DNA of 64,000 nt from Candidatus Poribacteria bacterium (GCA_965208675.1 OZ242351.1:4608001-4672000), one strand, 5' to 3'. Positions 41,434 through 51,985 are shown, counted from the stretch's first letter. Made by a program: numbers and translations. The notes: generated by a model from the letters alone, not told the origin.

Positions 41434-42483
41434 TTATGCCGCCACATGAATCCGGGCATGTGACGAATCGGTGACGCGTCCAATTACAGCCGCTTCAGGG
41501 CAATCTCGCTCATGCAATACTGCCAGCGCCGAATCTGCGTCAGCCTCTGGCAATGCAAAAAGCAACCCGCCGGAGGTTTCCGCTTCCATCAAAATATGAC
41601 GCATTTCCTCCGAGACGCCCGGATCAAACGTTACCATCCGATCGAGGAACTTCGTATTCGATTTGTAAGCACGGGTTTGAATTTTTTTCTTCACGAGCAT
41701 GGGCGCTTCGTCGAAGTATGGGACATTCTTGGAAAAGATTTCCAGTGTGACGCCGTTCCCGCTTGCCATCTCCGAGCCGTGCCCAAGCAGGCCGTATCCA
41801 GTTACATCTGTACAGGCATTTACGCTGAATTTCTGCATAACTTCTGATGCAGACCGGTTCAAACGAGTCATTGATTCTACGACTCGGGGCAGGGCGCTGG
41901 TACCGAGTTTATTGAATTTTAATCCCGTCGTGAGAATGCCGACACCGAGCCGTTTTGTAAGAATCAGAACATCGCCGGGCTTTGCACCAAAATTCCTTAC
42001 TACCCGCTCTGGGTGGATTATGCCGGTTACTGCCAATCCATACATCAACTCGGGGGCATCAACTGTATGACCACCGACAAGTACGGCTCCTGATTCTTTG
42101 ACTTTATCCGCACCGCCCCTCATGATGTCACCGAGAATTTCCAAGTCCAACCGGTCTTTGGGCCAGTATAGGACATTGAGCGCGGTTTTGGGGATGCCGC
42201 CCATGCTATAGACATCGCTCAACGCATTGGTTGCGGCGATCTGTCCGAATGTGTATGGGTCATCGACGATAGGCGTAAAATAGTCGGTGGTATTAATAAT
42301 TGCCAGATCTTCGGTGAGTTTATAGACACCTGCATCGTCGGATGTCTCTGTACCGACGAGCAGATTTGGATCGTCCATCTCTGGTAAATTATGCAGAACT
42401 TGCGCGAGATCCCCCGGATCCAGTTTGGATGCTCACCCAGCGCATTTGACGGTTTTGGTCAGTTGGACCTTTTTCTTGGTCAT
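41434..42483 (-). CDS. selD: Selenide, water dikinase (selenophosphate synthetase), selenoprotein with in-frame UGA at codon 17
   Basis: AAGGAG SD, ATG 42483: MTKKKVQLTKTVKCAG-TGA(42435-42433)-ASKLDPGDL, continuing in frame into DDAGVY, DYFTPIVDDP, GGHT, DVTGYGL. Confidence 0.93.
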
Positions 42484-42520
42484 TGACTGTTACGCTCCTT
42501 TGTTCGTTTTCGCATCACGA

Positions 42521-42578
42521 ATGCGGGGCAAGATGCCCCGCATTCGATGGATTTAACGGGGTAAGATGTCCCGCCTAC
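42521..42578. repeat. Two empty GTAGGCGGG-family palindromes
   Basis: atgcggggcaagatgccccgcat and acggggtaagatgtcccgcctac; related copies at 60092-60116 and 63392-63416. Confidence 0.75.
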
Positions 42579-42861
42579 GATGGGTGTAACTGTAAAAAGA
42601 TGAATTTTCAAACAAGGTCTTAAGGGCAATTTGACAAATGCTAAACATCTTCGTTTTATTCGTTCATAGATTTATTCATCCGGTTGCGGCATTGAGGGAT
42701 GAGCGGCCTCTCCACTTGAGAGCCGGAGATGCGGCGAGGTTTGATGGCAAATGATAACATACAGCAGGATTGGCGTCAAGACTATGTGTTTAGGCGGTGC
42801 AGGGTTTGCTTTTGCATTGAAATCGACTTCGCAAGCAAGACATTCCGCATTCGCATTACTG

Positions 42862-43611
42862 TCAAGGAATCAATATACGTCCGCCGCTCGCAACTACTGT
42901 GGAGCCTGTCATATAGCTAGATTCTTCGCTCAACAGAAATGCAATCACGTTCGCCATCTCCTCGGGCTCTCCCATACGTCCCAACGGCGTTGCGGCGGAC
43001 AGGTTTTCAATCATGGCGGGCGAAACCTCACTTACCATGTCCGTTGCAATCAAGCCCGGCGCAACCGAATTGATTCGAATGTTGTGTTGCGCGAGGGGTT
43101 CACAACAGGATTTCGTTAAGGCAATTACGCCCGCTTTCGCGGCGGCATAGGCGAGTTGATTCGGACGGACTGCCAAAGCAGCAATAGATGAAACGTTGAC
43201 GATTCGTCCAAACTTCCGTTCAATCATTCCGGCCTTGACCGCCCATATAACATTGAAGGCGCCCGTCAGGTTGATTGCAATGGTTCGATCCCACTGTTCA
43301 GGCGTCAATTCGTCAAAGTTTGAATCTACCACTGCGCCAGCGTTGTTCACTAGCAAATCTATTGCACCCACGTTTCCTGCGATCTTCCCGACCATTTTGT
43401 TGACAGATTCGCGATCCGATATATCCGCCTGAACGACTATCGCCTCACGTCCCATCGCGCGAATTTGCCGGTATACATCTTCCGCCTGGTCCGCTGCCGC
43501 GACATAATGCACGGCGACATTTGCACCTTGAGCGGCTAGCTTCAGCGCTGTTGCCTTCCCGATACCACGGCTCGCGCCTGTGACTAGCGCAAGCTTTCCT
43601 TCAAACCTCAT
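42862..43611 (-). CDS. FabG-like short-chain dehydrogenase/reductase
   Basis: TGASRGIG, NNAG, YAAAK. Confidence 0.9.
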   Translation of the reverse strand: MRFEGKLALVTGASRGIGKATALKLAAQGANVAVHYVAAADQAEDVYRQIRAMGREAIVVQADISDRESVNKMVGKIAGNVGAIDLLVNNAGAVVDSNFDELTPEQWDRTIAINLTGAFNVIWAVKAGMIERKFGRIVNVSSIAALAVRPNQLAYAAAKAGVIALTKSCCEPLAQHNIRINSVAPGLIATDMVSEVSPAMIENLSAATPLGRMGEPEEMANVIAFLLSEESSYMTGSTVVASGGRILIP

Positions 43612-43693
43612 GTTGCCTCCTTTTTCTGTCTATAACGGCGGTGTTTGAGTCAGAGAAACTCTTCAGTGCGCGCCGGAAATTTCAGACAATATA

Positions 43694-44272
43694 CTAAAGT
43701 GAAATCTGAAGCACTAAAACGGTGCCTGCAGCGGCAATTAGCGCTGCCGCAACAGTTTGTAAAATCGTGTGTCTTTTCCGATGCACTCTTGCCCAAGCAA
43801 TCAACGGTAACAACAGCGATAGCCACGCAATTTTCGCATCCACCAAGAGCATTAGAACGATAATCGACCCTGCTGCACTACCGCAATGGAAACTGATTTT
43901 CCACCAGTGCGTAATCGCAGTAAACACAACTCCATTTATAGCATAAGCGATGCAAGGCAAGACAATCTGCGACGGCGCATCAATTGATTGCAGGACGATA
44001 ATGCCAACCAGCGTGCTTACAAGCGACAAGTACAACGGCGCCAAGCGCTGCTTCCTCACCGCAAGATGAACGTCGCTCAAGCGGCCTGACCGCACAAGGG
44101 CAAGAATGAAAACGGAAGGTAATACAGAGGCGAACACCGAAACAACTAGCATCCATAACATAACCTGCTGAAGCGAATTCGCGTAGGTCCAGGCGAGCAA
44201 CAGGATTGTCGGGACTGGTATGAGAAACGGGCTAAAGATGACTGATATTGCGACGGCGATTCGGTCCAGCAT
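43694..44272 (-). CDS. Integral membrane protein (PAP2-like C-terminus)
   Basis: About 6 hydrophobic segments; WKISFH and WARV...RHT motifs. Confidence 0.7.
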   Translation of the reverse strand: MLDRIAVAISVIFSPFLIPVPTILLLAWTYANSLQQVMLWMLVVSVFASVLPSVFILALVRSGRLSDVHLAVRKQRLAPLYLSLVSTLVGIIVLQSIDAPSQIVLPCIAYAINGVVFTAITHWWKISFHCGSAAGSIIVLMLLVDAKIAWLSLLLPLIAWARVHRKRHTILQTVAAALIAAAGTVLVLQISL

Positions 44273-44349
44273 TTGCGGTACGTGAAAGGAAACACACGCT
44301 TCAAAGGCTCAAAAAAGCCAAGGGTTGAATTTTCGTTAAGTTGATAATT

Positions 44350-44664
44350 CTATTTGACATTTTCATCGATCCATTTAAGGTAATCTGCGTTCCCTCCTAC
44401 GATTGGAACAGATGTCACCTCGCATATCTCGTAGCTGTGTAATTTCCTTACGCTTTCGATGAGTTCTTCCATTAGTTCGGATTTTGTCTTGATGACAAGC
44501 TTGGCTTCCTGATCTGACTCAATTTTCCCGTTCCACCAGTAGTATGAAACTACTTGCGGGATGACGTTAACACAAGCAGCGAGCTTGCGCTCGACCAAAG
44601 ATTCCGCAATCCGCTTGGCTTCTTCAACGCTCGGAGTAGTCACGAAGGCGATTACGTACTCCAT
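44350..44664 (-). CDS. cutA: Divalent-cation tolerance protein
   Basis: LVERKLAACVN, SYYWWNG, LHSYE, YLKWI. Confidence 0.94.
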   Translation of the reverse strand: MEYVIAFVTTPSVEEAKRIAESLVERKLAACVNVIPQVVSYYWWNGKIESDQEAKLVIKTKSELMEELIESVRKLHSYEICEVTSVPIVGGNADYLKWIDENVK

Positions 44665-44712
44665 TTGGGCCTCCCGTTTCCGTCTTTTTCATACGCTCAT
44701 TTGACAAGCATA

Positions 44713-47130
44713 TCAGCTACGAAGTTCCGCATCTAACTCGTCTTCTAGCGTCCTTACAATTCTGTCATGAACCTGATCCACAATTTCATCAGTAAGGGTT
44801 TGCGTATTAGAGTGGTATTCGATGGCATAAGCCAGGCTTTTCTTTCCTTCGGGCACTTGCTCGCCTGTGTACAAATCAAACAGGCGGATAGAATTAACGT
44901 ATTTGCCGGCGGCGGACTTAATCACGCTGGTCGGGCGGCTGGAAGGAATCTCCGCATCAAGCACGATAGCAAGATCTCGATTGACGCTGGGATAGATTGA
45001 AATCGGCTGAAATTCGTTATTCAGATTGGAGGCTTCAACGAGTTCTTCAAAATCGAGTTCAAACAGATAGGCTTTGTTGGGCAAATCGTAGCGCTCAATG
45101 ACTTCGGGGTGGATTTCGCCCAAAACACAAATTTTCTGCCCGCATACACGTATTTCTGCGCTCCGTCCGGGATGGAAGGCGGGGTGTTCGGTTTGAACGA
45201 TAGTCTCACCGGAAACGCCGCAAACATCCAGCATGCCCTCGACAATCCCCTTGATGTCGAAGAAGTCTGCCGGGCGCTGCAAATCGCCGTATACACCGGT
45301 ACCTACGCTGCCGGCAACAATGCCAGCCACACGTTCCAACTCATTCGGATACTCACCATTCGTTTCGACACTCTCGCCAAGATCGCTCGGCATAAAAACT
45401 TTGGCAATTTCAAAAAGCTGTACATCGTTCACCTGATGGTTTGCGTTGCGTTTCGCATTCTCCAGCAAACTGGGAATCAGCGTTGTTCGCATGGTTGAGA
45501 AATCTTCGACGAGCGGATTTCGAATCTGGAGCGCACCCCGAAGCGGATCGTCAGCGTCAAGCCGTATGCGGTCGAAAACGTCCGGGTGGTAGAATGAGTA
45601 ATTTATTGCTTCCATCATGCCGCAGTCAAGGAGGTATGTTTTCACCTGCTGGCGCAGCATTGATTTCGGATCGACACTCGACGCCGGAAGGTTGCCTTGC
45701 GGCAGCGCGATTGGGATATTGTCATAGCCGTAGACACGGGCGATTTCTTCGATTAGGTCGATTTCTCGGTCTACATCGGGACGGAACGTCGGCACCGTGA
45801 CTTCGAAACCACCGGACACAGTAAAACCGAGTCGAGTGAGTATATCACGCATCAGGTTTGGCGTAATTTCCGTGCCCAGAACGAAATTGACACGCTCCGG
45901 GCGTAACGTAATCCGCTTAGGCGTTCGTACCCCGGGATAGACATCAATGATTCTTACACCGACTTCACCTCCGGCAATCTCTGCGATAAGTTGTGCGGCG
46001 CGATTAATCGCGGGAATGACGCCTTCAGGATCGACACCGCGTTCAAATCGATGCGAAGCTTCGGTGTGCATGCCTAAAGTTTTCGAGGTTTTGCGGATGC
46101 TTGACGGATTAAAATACGCACTTTCGAGCAGCACATCCACCGTATGCTCGGTAATTTCCGAATCGAAACCGCCCATCACCCCGGCGAGCGCCACGGGCTT
46201 CTCGGCATCCGCAATAACAAGCATGTCAGAAGTGAGGTTGCGTTCCTCTTCATCAAGCGTCTTTAAGATTTCGCCGGGTTTTACGCGGCGAACGACGATT
46301 CTGTTTTCGCCAAGCCGATGAAAATCAAAGGCATGCAGCGGCTGCCCAAATTCCATTAAGGCGAAGTTTGTAATATCTACGACGTTGTTAATCGGTCCCA
46401 TGCCAACAGCTTCAAGCCGGCGCTGTAACCAGGTGGGTGAGGGGGCAACTTTAACCCCCTGAATCATCCGCGTCGCGTAACGCGGACAAAGATCCGGCGC
46501 TTCTATTGTGACCGAGGTTAAATCCCGAATATCCGCAGCGGATTCTCGCACTTCGGATTGCGGCATTTTCAGCGAATTGCTTGTTATGACGCTAATTTCC
46601 CGTGCAACGCCTATCATACTCAGGCAGTCCGGACGATTGGGTGTAATTTCAAGCTCCATCATAACATCGTCCAATCCCAGTGCTTCCACGAGCGGCGTTC
46701 CTGCCTTTAGATTGTCCGGGAGCTCCATCAGACCTGACGCGTCATCCGAGACATTTAACTCACTTTCAGCGCAGAGCATGCCGTGTGAACGCTCGCCGCG
46801 GATGTTCGCGGTACCGACTGTCACCCCGCTCGGCAATTCTGCCCCGACTAAAGCGACGGGTGCGACCAAGCCCGCCCGTGCGTTCGGCGCCCCGCAAACG
46901 ATTTGTAGGTCTTCGTCCGATCCAACGTCGACATCGCATAAAACGAGATTATTCGCCCTCGCGTGCTCCCTGACCGCGTTAATCCTGCCAACCGTGACTC
47001 GGTCCAGCCCTTCGCCAAGCCGCTTAATGGATTCGACTTCAATGCCGAGCATCATCAAACGGTCGGCGAGATCTTCAGGGGAAAGGTCGAAATCCACGTA
47101 TTCCTTTAGCCAATTCACGCTTACGTTCAT
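44713..47130 (-). CDS. pheT: Phenylalanine-tRNA ligase beta subunit
   Basis: IVCGAPN, ITPNRPDCLS, GQPLHAFD, RFERGVD, DLIEEIARVYGY, KKSLA. Confidence 0.97.
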   Translation of the reverse strand: MNVSVNWLKEYVDFDLSPEDLADRLMMLGIEVESIKRLGEGLDRVTVGRINAVREHARANNLVLCDVDVGSDEDLQIVCGAPNARAGLVAPVALVGAELPSGVTVGTANIRGERSHGMLCAESELNVSDDASGLMELPDNLKAGTPLVEALGLDDVMMELEITPNRPDCLSMIGVAREISVITSNSLKMPQSEVRESAADIRDLTSVTIEAPDLCPRYATRMIQGVKVAPSPTWLQRRLEAVGMGPINNVVDITNFALMEFGQPLHAFDFHRLGENRIVVRRVKPGEILKTLDEEERNLTSDMLVIADAEKPVALAGVMGGFDSEITEHTVDVLLESAYFNPSSIRKTSKTLGMHTEASHRFERGVDPEGVIPAINRAAQLIAEIAGGEVGVRIIDVYPGVRTPKRITLRPERVNFVLGTEITPNLMRDILTRLGFTVSGGFEVTVPTFRPDVDREIDLIEEIARVYGYDNIPIALPQGNLPASSVDPKSMLRQQVKTYLLDCGMMEAINYSFYHPDVFDRIRLDADDPLRGALQIRNPLVEDFSTMRTTLIPSLLENAKRNANHQVNDVQLFEIAKVFMPSDLGESVETNGEYPNELERVAGIVAGSVGTGVYGDLQRPADFFDIKGIVEGMLDVCGVSGETIVQTEHPAFHPGRSAEIRVCGQKICVLGEIHPEVIERYDLPNKAYLFELDFEELVEASNLNNEFQPISIYPSVNRDLAIVLDAEIPSSRPTSVIKSAAGKYVNSIRLFDLYTGEQVPEGKKSLAYAIEYHSNTQTLTDEIVDQVHDRIVRTLEDELDAELRS

Positions 47131-47176
47131 TTTCTAACTCTGCTCCGTAGAGTGGCGTACAACAAAATGTATGTAT

Positions 47177-47213
47177 AACCCCCTCTAACTCCCCCTTGGT
47201 AAGGGGGAGGATT
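47177..47213. repeat. CCCCCTTG..AAGGGGG palindromic repeat (third family)
   Basis: aaccccctctaactcccccttggtaagggggaggatt; reverse-orientation relatives at 63343-63379 (intact) and 51489-51512 (interrupted). Confidence 0.7.
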
Positions 47214-47235
47214 GGAATTCCGTAACCGCCTAAGA

Positions 47236-48252
47236 TTAAAACTGACGGAGGAAACGCATGTCATTTTCAAATAGCAGCCGTAAATCCGGGATGCCAAAAC
47301 GCAGCATCGCGATGCGGTCTACCCCCATGCCAAACGCGAAGCCGGTGACTTGATTCGGATCGTAATTTACGTAGCTGAAAACGTTTGGATCGACAGATCC
47401 GGCGCCCAAGATTTCGAGCCAACCCGTCCATGAACAGGTGCGGCAACCCTTTCCGCCGCAAACTGTGCAGGAGATATCGACTTCGGCGCTCGGCTCAGTG
47501 AACGGGAAGAAGTGGGGCCGGAAACGTACACGTGTCCTGTCTCCAAACATCTGCCGCGCAAAGGAATGGAGTACGCCTTTCAGCTCGCTGAAGGTGACGC
47601 GGTAATCAACCAGCAATCCTTCAACTTGGTGAAACATCGGTGTGTGCGATATATCGTAATCGCGCCGGTATGCCTTACCCGGCACAATGATGCGCACTGG
47701 CGGCTGCTGTTTTTCCATGACGCGTACTTGAACCGGGGAGGTATGGGTGCGCAGCAATAAGCTGTCCGTGATATAAAGGGTATCGTGAAGATCCCGCGCT
47801 GGATGGTCCTGTGGGGTATTCAGCGCATCAAAGTTGTAATATTCGTGCTCAATCTCAGGACCTTCCGCGACTTGGAAACCCATGCCGCGAAAGATTTCCT
47901 GAATCCGTTCGAGCGACTGGGTTACCGGGTGTTTTTTGCCGATTTTTGGACGCCGCCCGGGAAGGGTAATGTCTATTTTTTCCAGAGCAAGCTTTTGTTG
48001 GCGTTCTTGGCGGGAAAGCGATTCGGCAAGCCGATCAAAAGCCTGCGAAAGCCGTGTCCTGACTGTATTTGCGTGCTTGCCGACGATTGGACGCTCTTCT
48101 TGGGAGAGTGCCCCCATGCCTTTCATCAATGCGGTGAACGCGCCTTTGCGTCCAAAATACCTAATCCGAAGCGACTCCAGCTCGGCTAAATTATCTACGT
48201 TTTTCAGGCTTGCAAGCGCATCAGCCTCAATTTGATTCAACTGCTCCTGCAT
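47236..48252 (-). CDS. pheS: Phenylalanine-tRNA ligase alpha subunit
   Basis: HPARD, LLRTHTSPVQ, FHQVEG, FPFTEPSAE, GFAFGMG.DR. Confidence 0.97.
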   Translation of the reverse strand: MQEQLNQIEADALASLKNVDNLAELESLRIRYFGRKGAFTALMKGMGALSQEERPIVGKHANTVRTRLSQAFDRLAESLSRQERQQKLALEKIDITLPGRRPKIGKKHPVTQSLERIQEIFRGMGFQVAEGPEIEHEYYNFDALNTPQDHPARDLHDTLYITDSLLLRTHTSPVQVRVMEKQQPPVRIIVPGKAYRRDYDISHTPMFHQVEGLLVDYRVTFSELKGVLHSFARQMFGDRTRVRFRPHFFPFTEPSAEVDISCTVCGGKGCRTCSWTGWLEILGAGSVDPNVFSYVNYDPNQVTGFAFGMGVDRIAMLRFGIPDLRLLFENDMRFLRQF

Positions 48253-48268
48253 GCTTTCTCCAGCCAAC

Positions 48269-48557
48269 AAAAAACGCCTGTCACTTTAGCCCATTAGGGA
48301 CGAAAGCAACAGGCGTCAACTTCCGCGGTACCACCCTAGTTGACAGAAAAAATTCCTGCCCTCTTCATTGGTCGAATCAATAACGGTGAAACCCCCGGCA
48401 CAAACCTACTTGTCCTCCGCACAATGGGGTTGAACGTTCAGTTTGGCAGCTCCAAGATGAAATTCGGCGGTCGGTTCCCAAGATGCGCTTTCAGCCAGTG
48501 GCGCTTCCTCTCTGATTGGAAGATTCCAACCGCTTACTTTGTCCCTTCATCGCCTTT
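48269..48557 (-). promoter_or_regulatory. T-box riboswitch (Phe, UUC specifier) upstream of pheST
   Basis: Minus strand: AGTA, AGAGA and GCTGAAAG in stem I; GAAT-TTC-A specifier (48461-48459); AGTAG...CCGTTA; T-box AACTAGGGTGGTACCGCG; antiterminator partner CGTCCCT; terminator ACGCCTGTTGC...GTGACAGGCGT-TTTTT. Confidence 0.92.
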
Positions 48558-48640
48558 ACATTACCGTATTCAGTTTATTGGAAATCTGTCCTAATTGCCT
48601 CAATGTGATGGACAGACCCGGAGCGGCATCGCGCACTGCG

Positions 48641-48994
48641 TCAGCTTGACGCCTTCGCCAGCGCGGCAATTTGAGCAAATCCAGCCTCATCATGCACCGC
48701 TAAGTCTGCGAGAACCTTACGATTGAGTTCAATCCCCGCTTTTTTTAAGCCGTTCATGAATCGGTTGTATGATAAACCGTGCATTCTTGCGGCGGCATTG
48801 ATTCGCACAATCCAAAGCCTTCTGAATTCCCGTTTGCGGGTTCGCCTATGCGCATACGCGTGATTCCAACCCTTTTCGACCGCTTCCATAGCGGTTCGCT
48901 TCAAATTGTTCCGTCCGCCGCGATACCCTTTTGAGTGTTTTAAGATTCTTTTGCGGCGTTTTACACGCACGTTGCCTGTTTCAACTCTTGGCAT
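48641..48994 (-). CDS. rplT: 50S ribosomal protein L20
   Basis: [37 protein letters not shown]. Confidence 0.98.
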   Translation of the reverse strand: MPRVETGNVRVKRRKRILKHSKGYRGGRNNLKRTAMEAVEKGWNHAYAHRRTRKREFRRLWIVRINAAARMHGLSYNRFMNGLKKAGIELNRKVLADLAVHDEAGFAQIAALAKASS

Positions 48995-49112
48995 TCTCGA
49001 CCTCTTTTAAAAATTAAACTGTGTGTACGCGGGTTTAAAAGTGCCGCTGTTATCAACTGATAATGCGCGAGCTGTAACGATGTTTTTTTGAAACCCGCAA
49101 CGGACATTGGTA

Positions 49113-49307
49113 CTACTTGCCTAGTAAACGGTTTGCCCTTTTCAAATTGGTTGAATCTACGAGGCTGCCCTTTCTGAGCCTGCGTTTGCGCTTACCCGAT
49201 TTCGTTAGGAAGAGGTGGTTAGAAAAGGCTTTGAATCTCCGAATTTTACCGCTTCCTGTACGCTTAAAGCGTTTTGCCGCGCCTTTATGGGTTTTTATCT
49301 TTGGCAT
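49113..49307 (-). CDS. rpmI: 50S ribosomal protein L35
   Basis: [21 protein letters not shown]. Confidence 0.98.
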   Translation of the reverse strand: MPKIKTHKGAAKRFKRTGSGKIRRFKAFSNHLFLTKSGKRKRRLRKGSLVDSTNLKRANRLLGK

Positions 49308-49362
49308 TTCTCAGATTCCTCGGATGAATGTTCAACTAAACTACTAAACGTCCGTACTCCCG

Positions 49363-49914
49363 CTACGACGATTTTGGCGCTATAATTATAAACATCGTCC
49401 TCGTTTCCATTCGGGGAGACTGCTCGACCTCCCCAACGTCTGCAAGTCCGTCCGCGAACTGTAGCAGCATTGTGCGGCCAAGGCCGGTGTGCATCATTTC
49501 GCGCCCTTTGAATCGGACTGTGGTTTTAACCTTCCAGCCGTTGGTCAAAAATTCCCGGGCGTGCCGCGACTTAAAATCCAAGTCGTGCTCGCCGGTCCTT
49601 ACGGAGTTAAATTTTATCTCTTTCAGGACAACTTTGGCTTGTTTCTTCTTCGCTTCTTTCGCGCGTTTGCTCTTCTCGTACTGAAATTTCCCGTAATCCA
49701 TAATCTTGCACACGGGCGGATCTGCGTTGGGGGAAACTTCAACCAAATCAAGACCCTGTTCTCGAGCAATTTGCAACGCCTCGCGAGGCAACATCGTGCT
49801 GAGCTGCGTGTTGTCCGAGTCAATGACAAAAACCTGCCTGGCTCGGATTCGCTCATTCACTCTATTTTGTGGTTCCCGCTGCTTCCCTCGCCAACGGTTC
49901 CCTCTTTTCTGAAT
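49363..49914 (-). CDS. infC: Translation initiation factor IF-3 (probable ATT start)
   Basis: NERIR, LDLVEVSPNADPPVCKIMDYGK, FKGREM; GGGGGTG SD-like sequence 6 nt before the in-frame ATT at 49914. Confidence 0.95.
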   Translation of the reverse strand: MQKRGNRWRGKQREPQNRVNERIRARQVFVIDSDNTQLSTMLPREALQIAREQGLDLVEVSPNADPPVCKIMDYGKFQYEKSKRAKEAKKKQAKVVLKEIKFNSVRTGEHDLDFKSRHAREFLTNGWKVKTTVRFKGREMMHTGLGRTMLLQFADGLADVGEVEQSPRMETRTMFIIIAPKSS

Positions 49915-50242
49915 TTTATACACCCCCAGAGGTATGGTATGAATGAACCTTCGAAAAAATCACGTGTTAAACTCCGCGTTCTTTGAAACGCCGCTACCAG
50001 CCGCTTCGCAATTTACGGCAATATTATGGATGTGCATGATTATTGAGTTCAATAGATGCCGGTATCATCTAGGTAAAATATGGCGTTTATTTTAGCACAT
50101 CGCAGTTAACAAATGCAAGGTAAAATCCTTATTTCACTATGTTCACGGCTAAGACGCGATGCCCGCAAGGGGGGATTTTGGAGCGGAATTTCCGTTTTTC
50201 GACCCTCATTCTGTGATTGGACGAACGGCAGACGCGCTCGAG

Positions 50243-51247
50243 CTAGCCGCAGGTAACGGGTTGTCCGGATTCAACCGACTGGTACGCCGCTAGTGCAATT
50301 TCCACAGCCGCGCGGCCGTCCGCACCGGTGATTGGCGGCGTTGAATCGTTGAGTACCGCGTCGACAAAGGCTCGAATCTCGTGGCGTACCGGCTCTTCAA
50401 CGTCAATTTCGGAAATTGGAGTGCGTATTTCCTCGCCGTCGAAAGTCTTTACACGGATGGACACATCTTTGCCCCAAATATGCGGAAAATAGATTGAGCC
50501 CTTTTCGCAATCGACGCGCCCGCCGTATCCCCCGATAGCGGAGACTTGGCTTGAATGAAGCAGCCCCACGCACCCGTTCTCGAATGTCAATGAGGCGAGC
50601 ACGACATCGGGGTAGTCGGCTTCACGCTGAACGTATGTTCCGCCTATGGCGTAGACGGTTTTGACTTCGCCGCATGTCCACCGCATGAAATCAATCTCGT
50701 GCGTGCTAATTTCCATGAGGCTTCCGCCCGACTTTTCGCGCTGCAACCGCCAGTCTGCCGCATAGCTTCCGAGTTTCCAGGGACCGCCAATCCGATGTAC
50801 CATCATGCAAACCGGCACACCCAGTTGCCCGCTATGGACGATTTCGCGTACCTTTGAGTGTGTGGCGTGGTATCGGCAGACCAACCCAATCGTCAACTTC
50901 ACGCCGTTCCGGTGCGCTGCTTGAATCATCGCATCGCAGTCTTCCAGCGTGGGCGCCATCGGTTTTTCGGAGAACACGTGCTTGCCTGCATTTGCGGCGT
51001 CCACAGCCATTTGGCGGTGCATGAACGGCGGCGATGCAATAAACACGCCGTGTATGCGTTCATCTGCCAGCAGGTCGTGGTAATCGAGATTGTGTTCTGC
51101 ATTAACCGCCGCCGCCAGTTTCTTGGCGCGAGGCTCATCCAGATCGCTGACTCGCAGCACCTCGACGTGCTCAAGCGCCTGCGCGCTATGTGCAAGGCTT
51201 CTTCCCATAATACCGCAACCGATCACACCAACTCCAAATTTGTCCAT
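50243..51247 (-). CDS. Gfo/Idh/MocA family oxidoreductase
   Basis: GVIGCGIMG, SEKPM, GGSLMEISTHEID. Confidence 0.9.
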   Translation of the reverse strand: MDKFGVGVIGCGIMGRSLAHSAQALEHVEVLRVSDLDEPRAKKLAAAVNAEHNLDYHDLLADERIHGVFIASPPFMHRQMAVDAANAGKHVFSEKPMAPTLEDCDAMIQAAHRNGVKLTIGLVCRYHATHSKVREIVHSGQLGVPVCMMVHRIGGPWKLGSYAADWRLQREKSGGSLMEISTHEIDFMRWTCGEVKTVYAIGGTYVQREADYPDVVLASLTFENGCVGLLHSSQVSAIGGYGGRVDCEKGSIYFPHIWGKDVSIRVKTFDGEEIRTPISEIDVEEPVRHEIRAFVDAVLNDSTPPITGADGRAAVEIALAAYQSVESGQPVTCG

Positions 51248-51396
51248 AAAGTGCCCTTCTACGCTCAACGCGGTCAGTTTTCCAAGAGTATAACACAATT
51301 GAGATGAAAAGCGAGTCTTATCTGTTCTGAGAACATGAGCTAAAGTTGCGTATCACTTTTGCCACAGGTCATAGCATCATTGCCACAATTGTTTTC

Positions 51397-51770
51397 GTAG
51401 GTTGGGTTGAGCGATCAACTGACCGAATAGCGAATGATCAAGCGACTGAATAAGGAGTGCGATAGTTTTCCTATGGTCTTCTAAAACAAAATCCTCCCCC
51501 TTGACAAGGTGGGATCAACTGACCGATTAGGGAGGGATCAAGCGACTGAATAAGGAGTGCGATAGTTTTTTTTATAGTCTTAACTAGTCTTCACCGGCTC
51601 TTGTAGGTTGGGTTGAGCGACCAATCGCAAAAAACGTCACGGTGCTCGTACGTCGTGCAAATTCCGCTGCGATGACGTTGAAGAAAATGCAGAGCGTAAC
51701 CCAACGCTTTTTCGCTATTTCGACGTGGTTCGTTTATGGTAATGGCTTGAATTATTTCGAAAAGCGTTGC
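51397..51770 (+). repeat. Composite repeat cluster: GTAGGTTGGG REP-like + nested GATCAA elements (51413, 51436, 51513, 51536) + 103-bp long REP (51603-51705)
   Basis: Direct comparison with copies at 53091-53493, 57667-57926, 58692-59100, 59964-60367 and 63248-63571. Confidence 0.88.
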
Positions 51771-51969
51771 CTTGGAGCCCCAGCGGGGATCTTCAAGTGT
51801 ATGCAGCAAATCGCAGGCGACCCGAATTTAAGGACGTATTTTAACAATTTTTATTGAAACTTGTTGCAAAATATAGGGTATAATTTTACAACGGGTCGGA
51901 CCGTTGCGGCAATGTCTGTTAGATTCAACCGCGAGCAGGTGCCGCCGCAAAATAATACGGGAAGAATTT

Positions 51970-51985
51970 TGGCATATCACTTGCT
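51970..51985 (+). promoter_or_regulatory. Sigma54 (-24/-12) promoter
   Basis: TGGCAT-ATCAC-TTGCT with correct GG/GC spacing; upstream dyad GTTGCAAAAT...ATTTTACAAC at 51863-51892. Confidence 0.7.

Noticed and set aside
41434-42378. selD as a truncated gene or pseudogene
   Set aside because: The upstream frame, SD and UGA at the catalytic position indicate Sec recoding.
48340-48594. 84-aa ORF between rplT and pheS
   Set aside because: Antisense to the T-box leader; no coding features.
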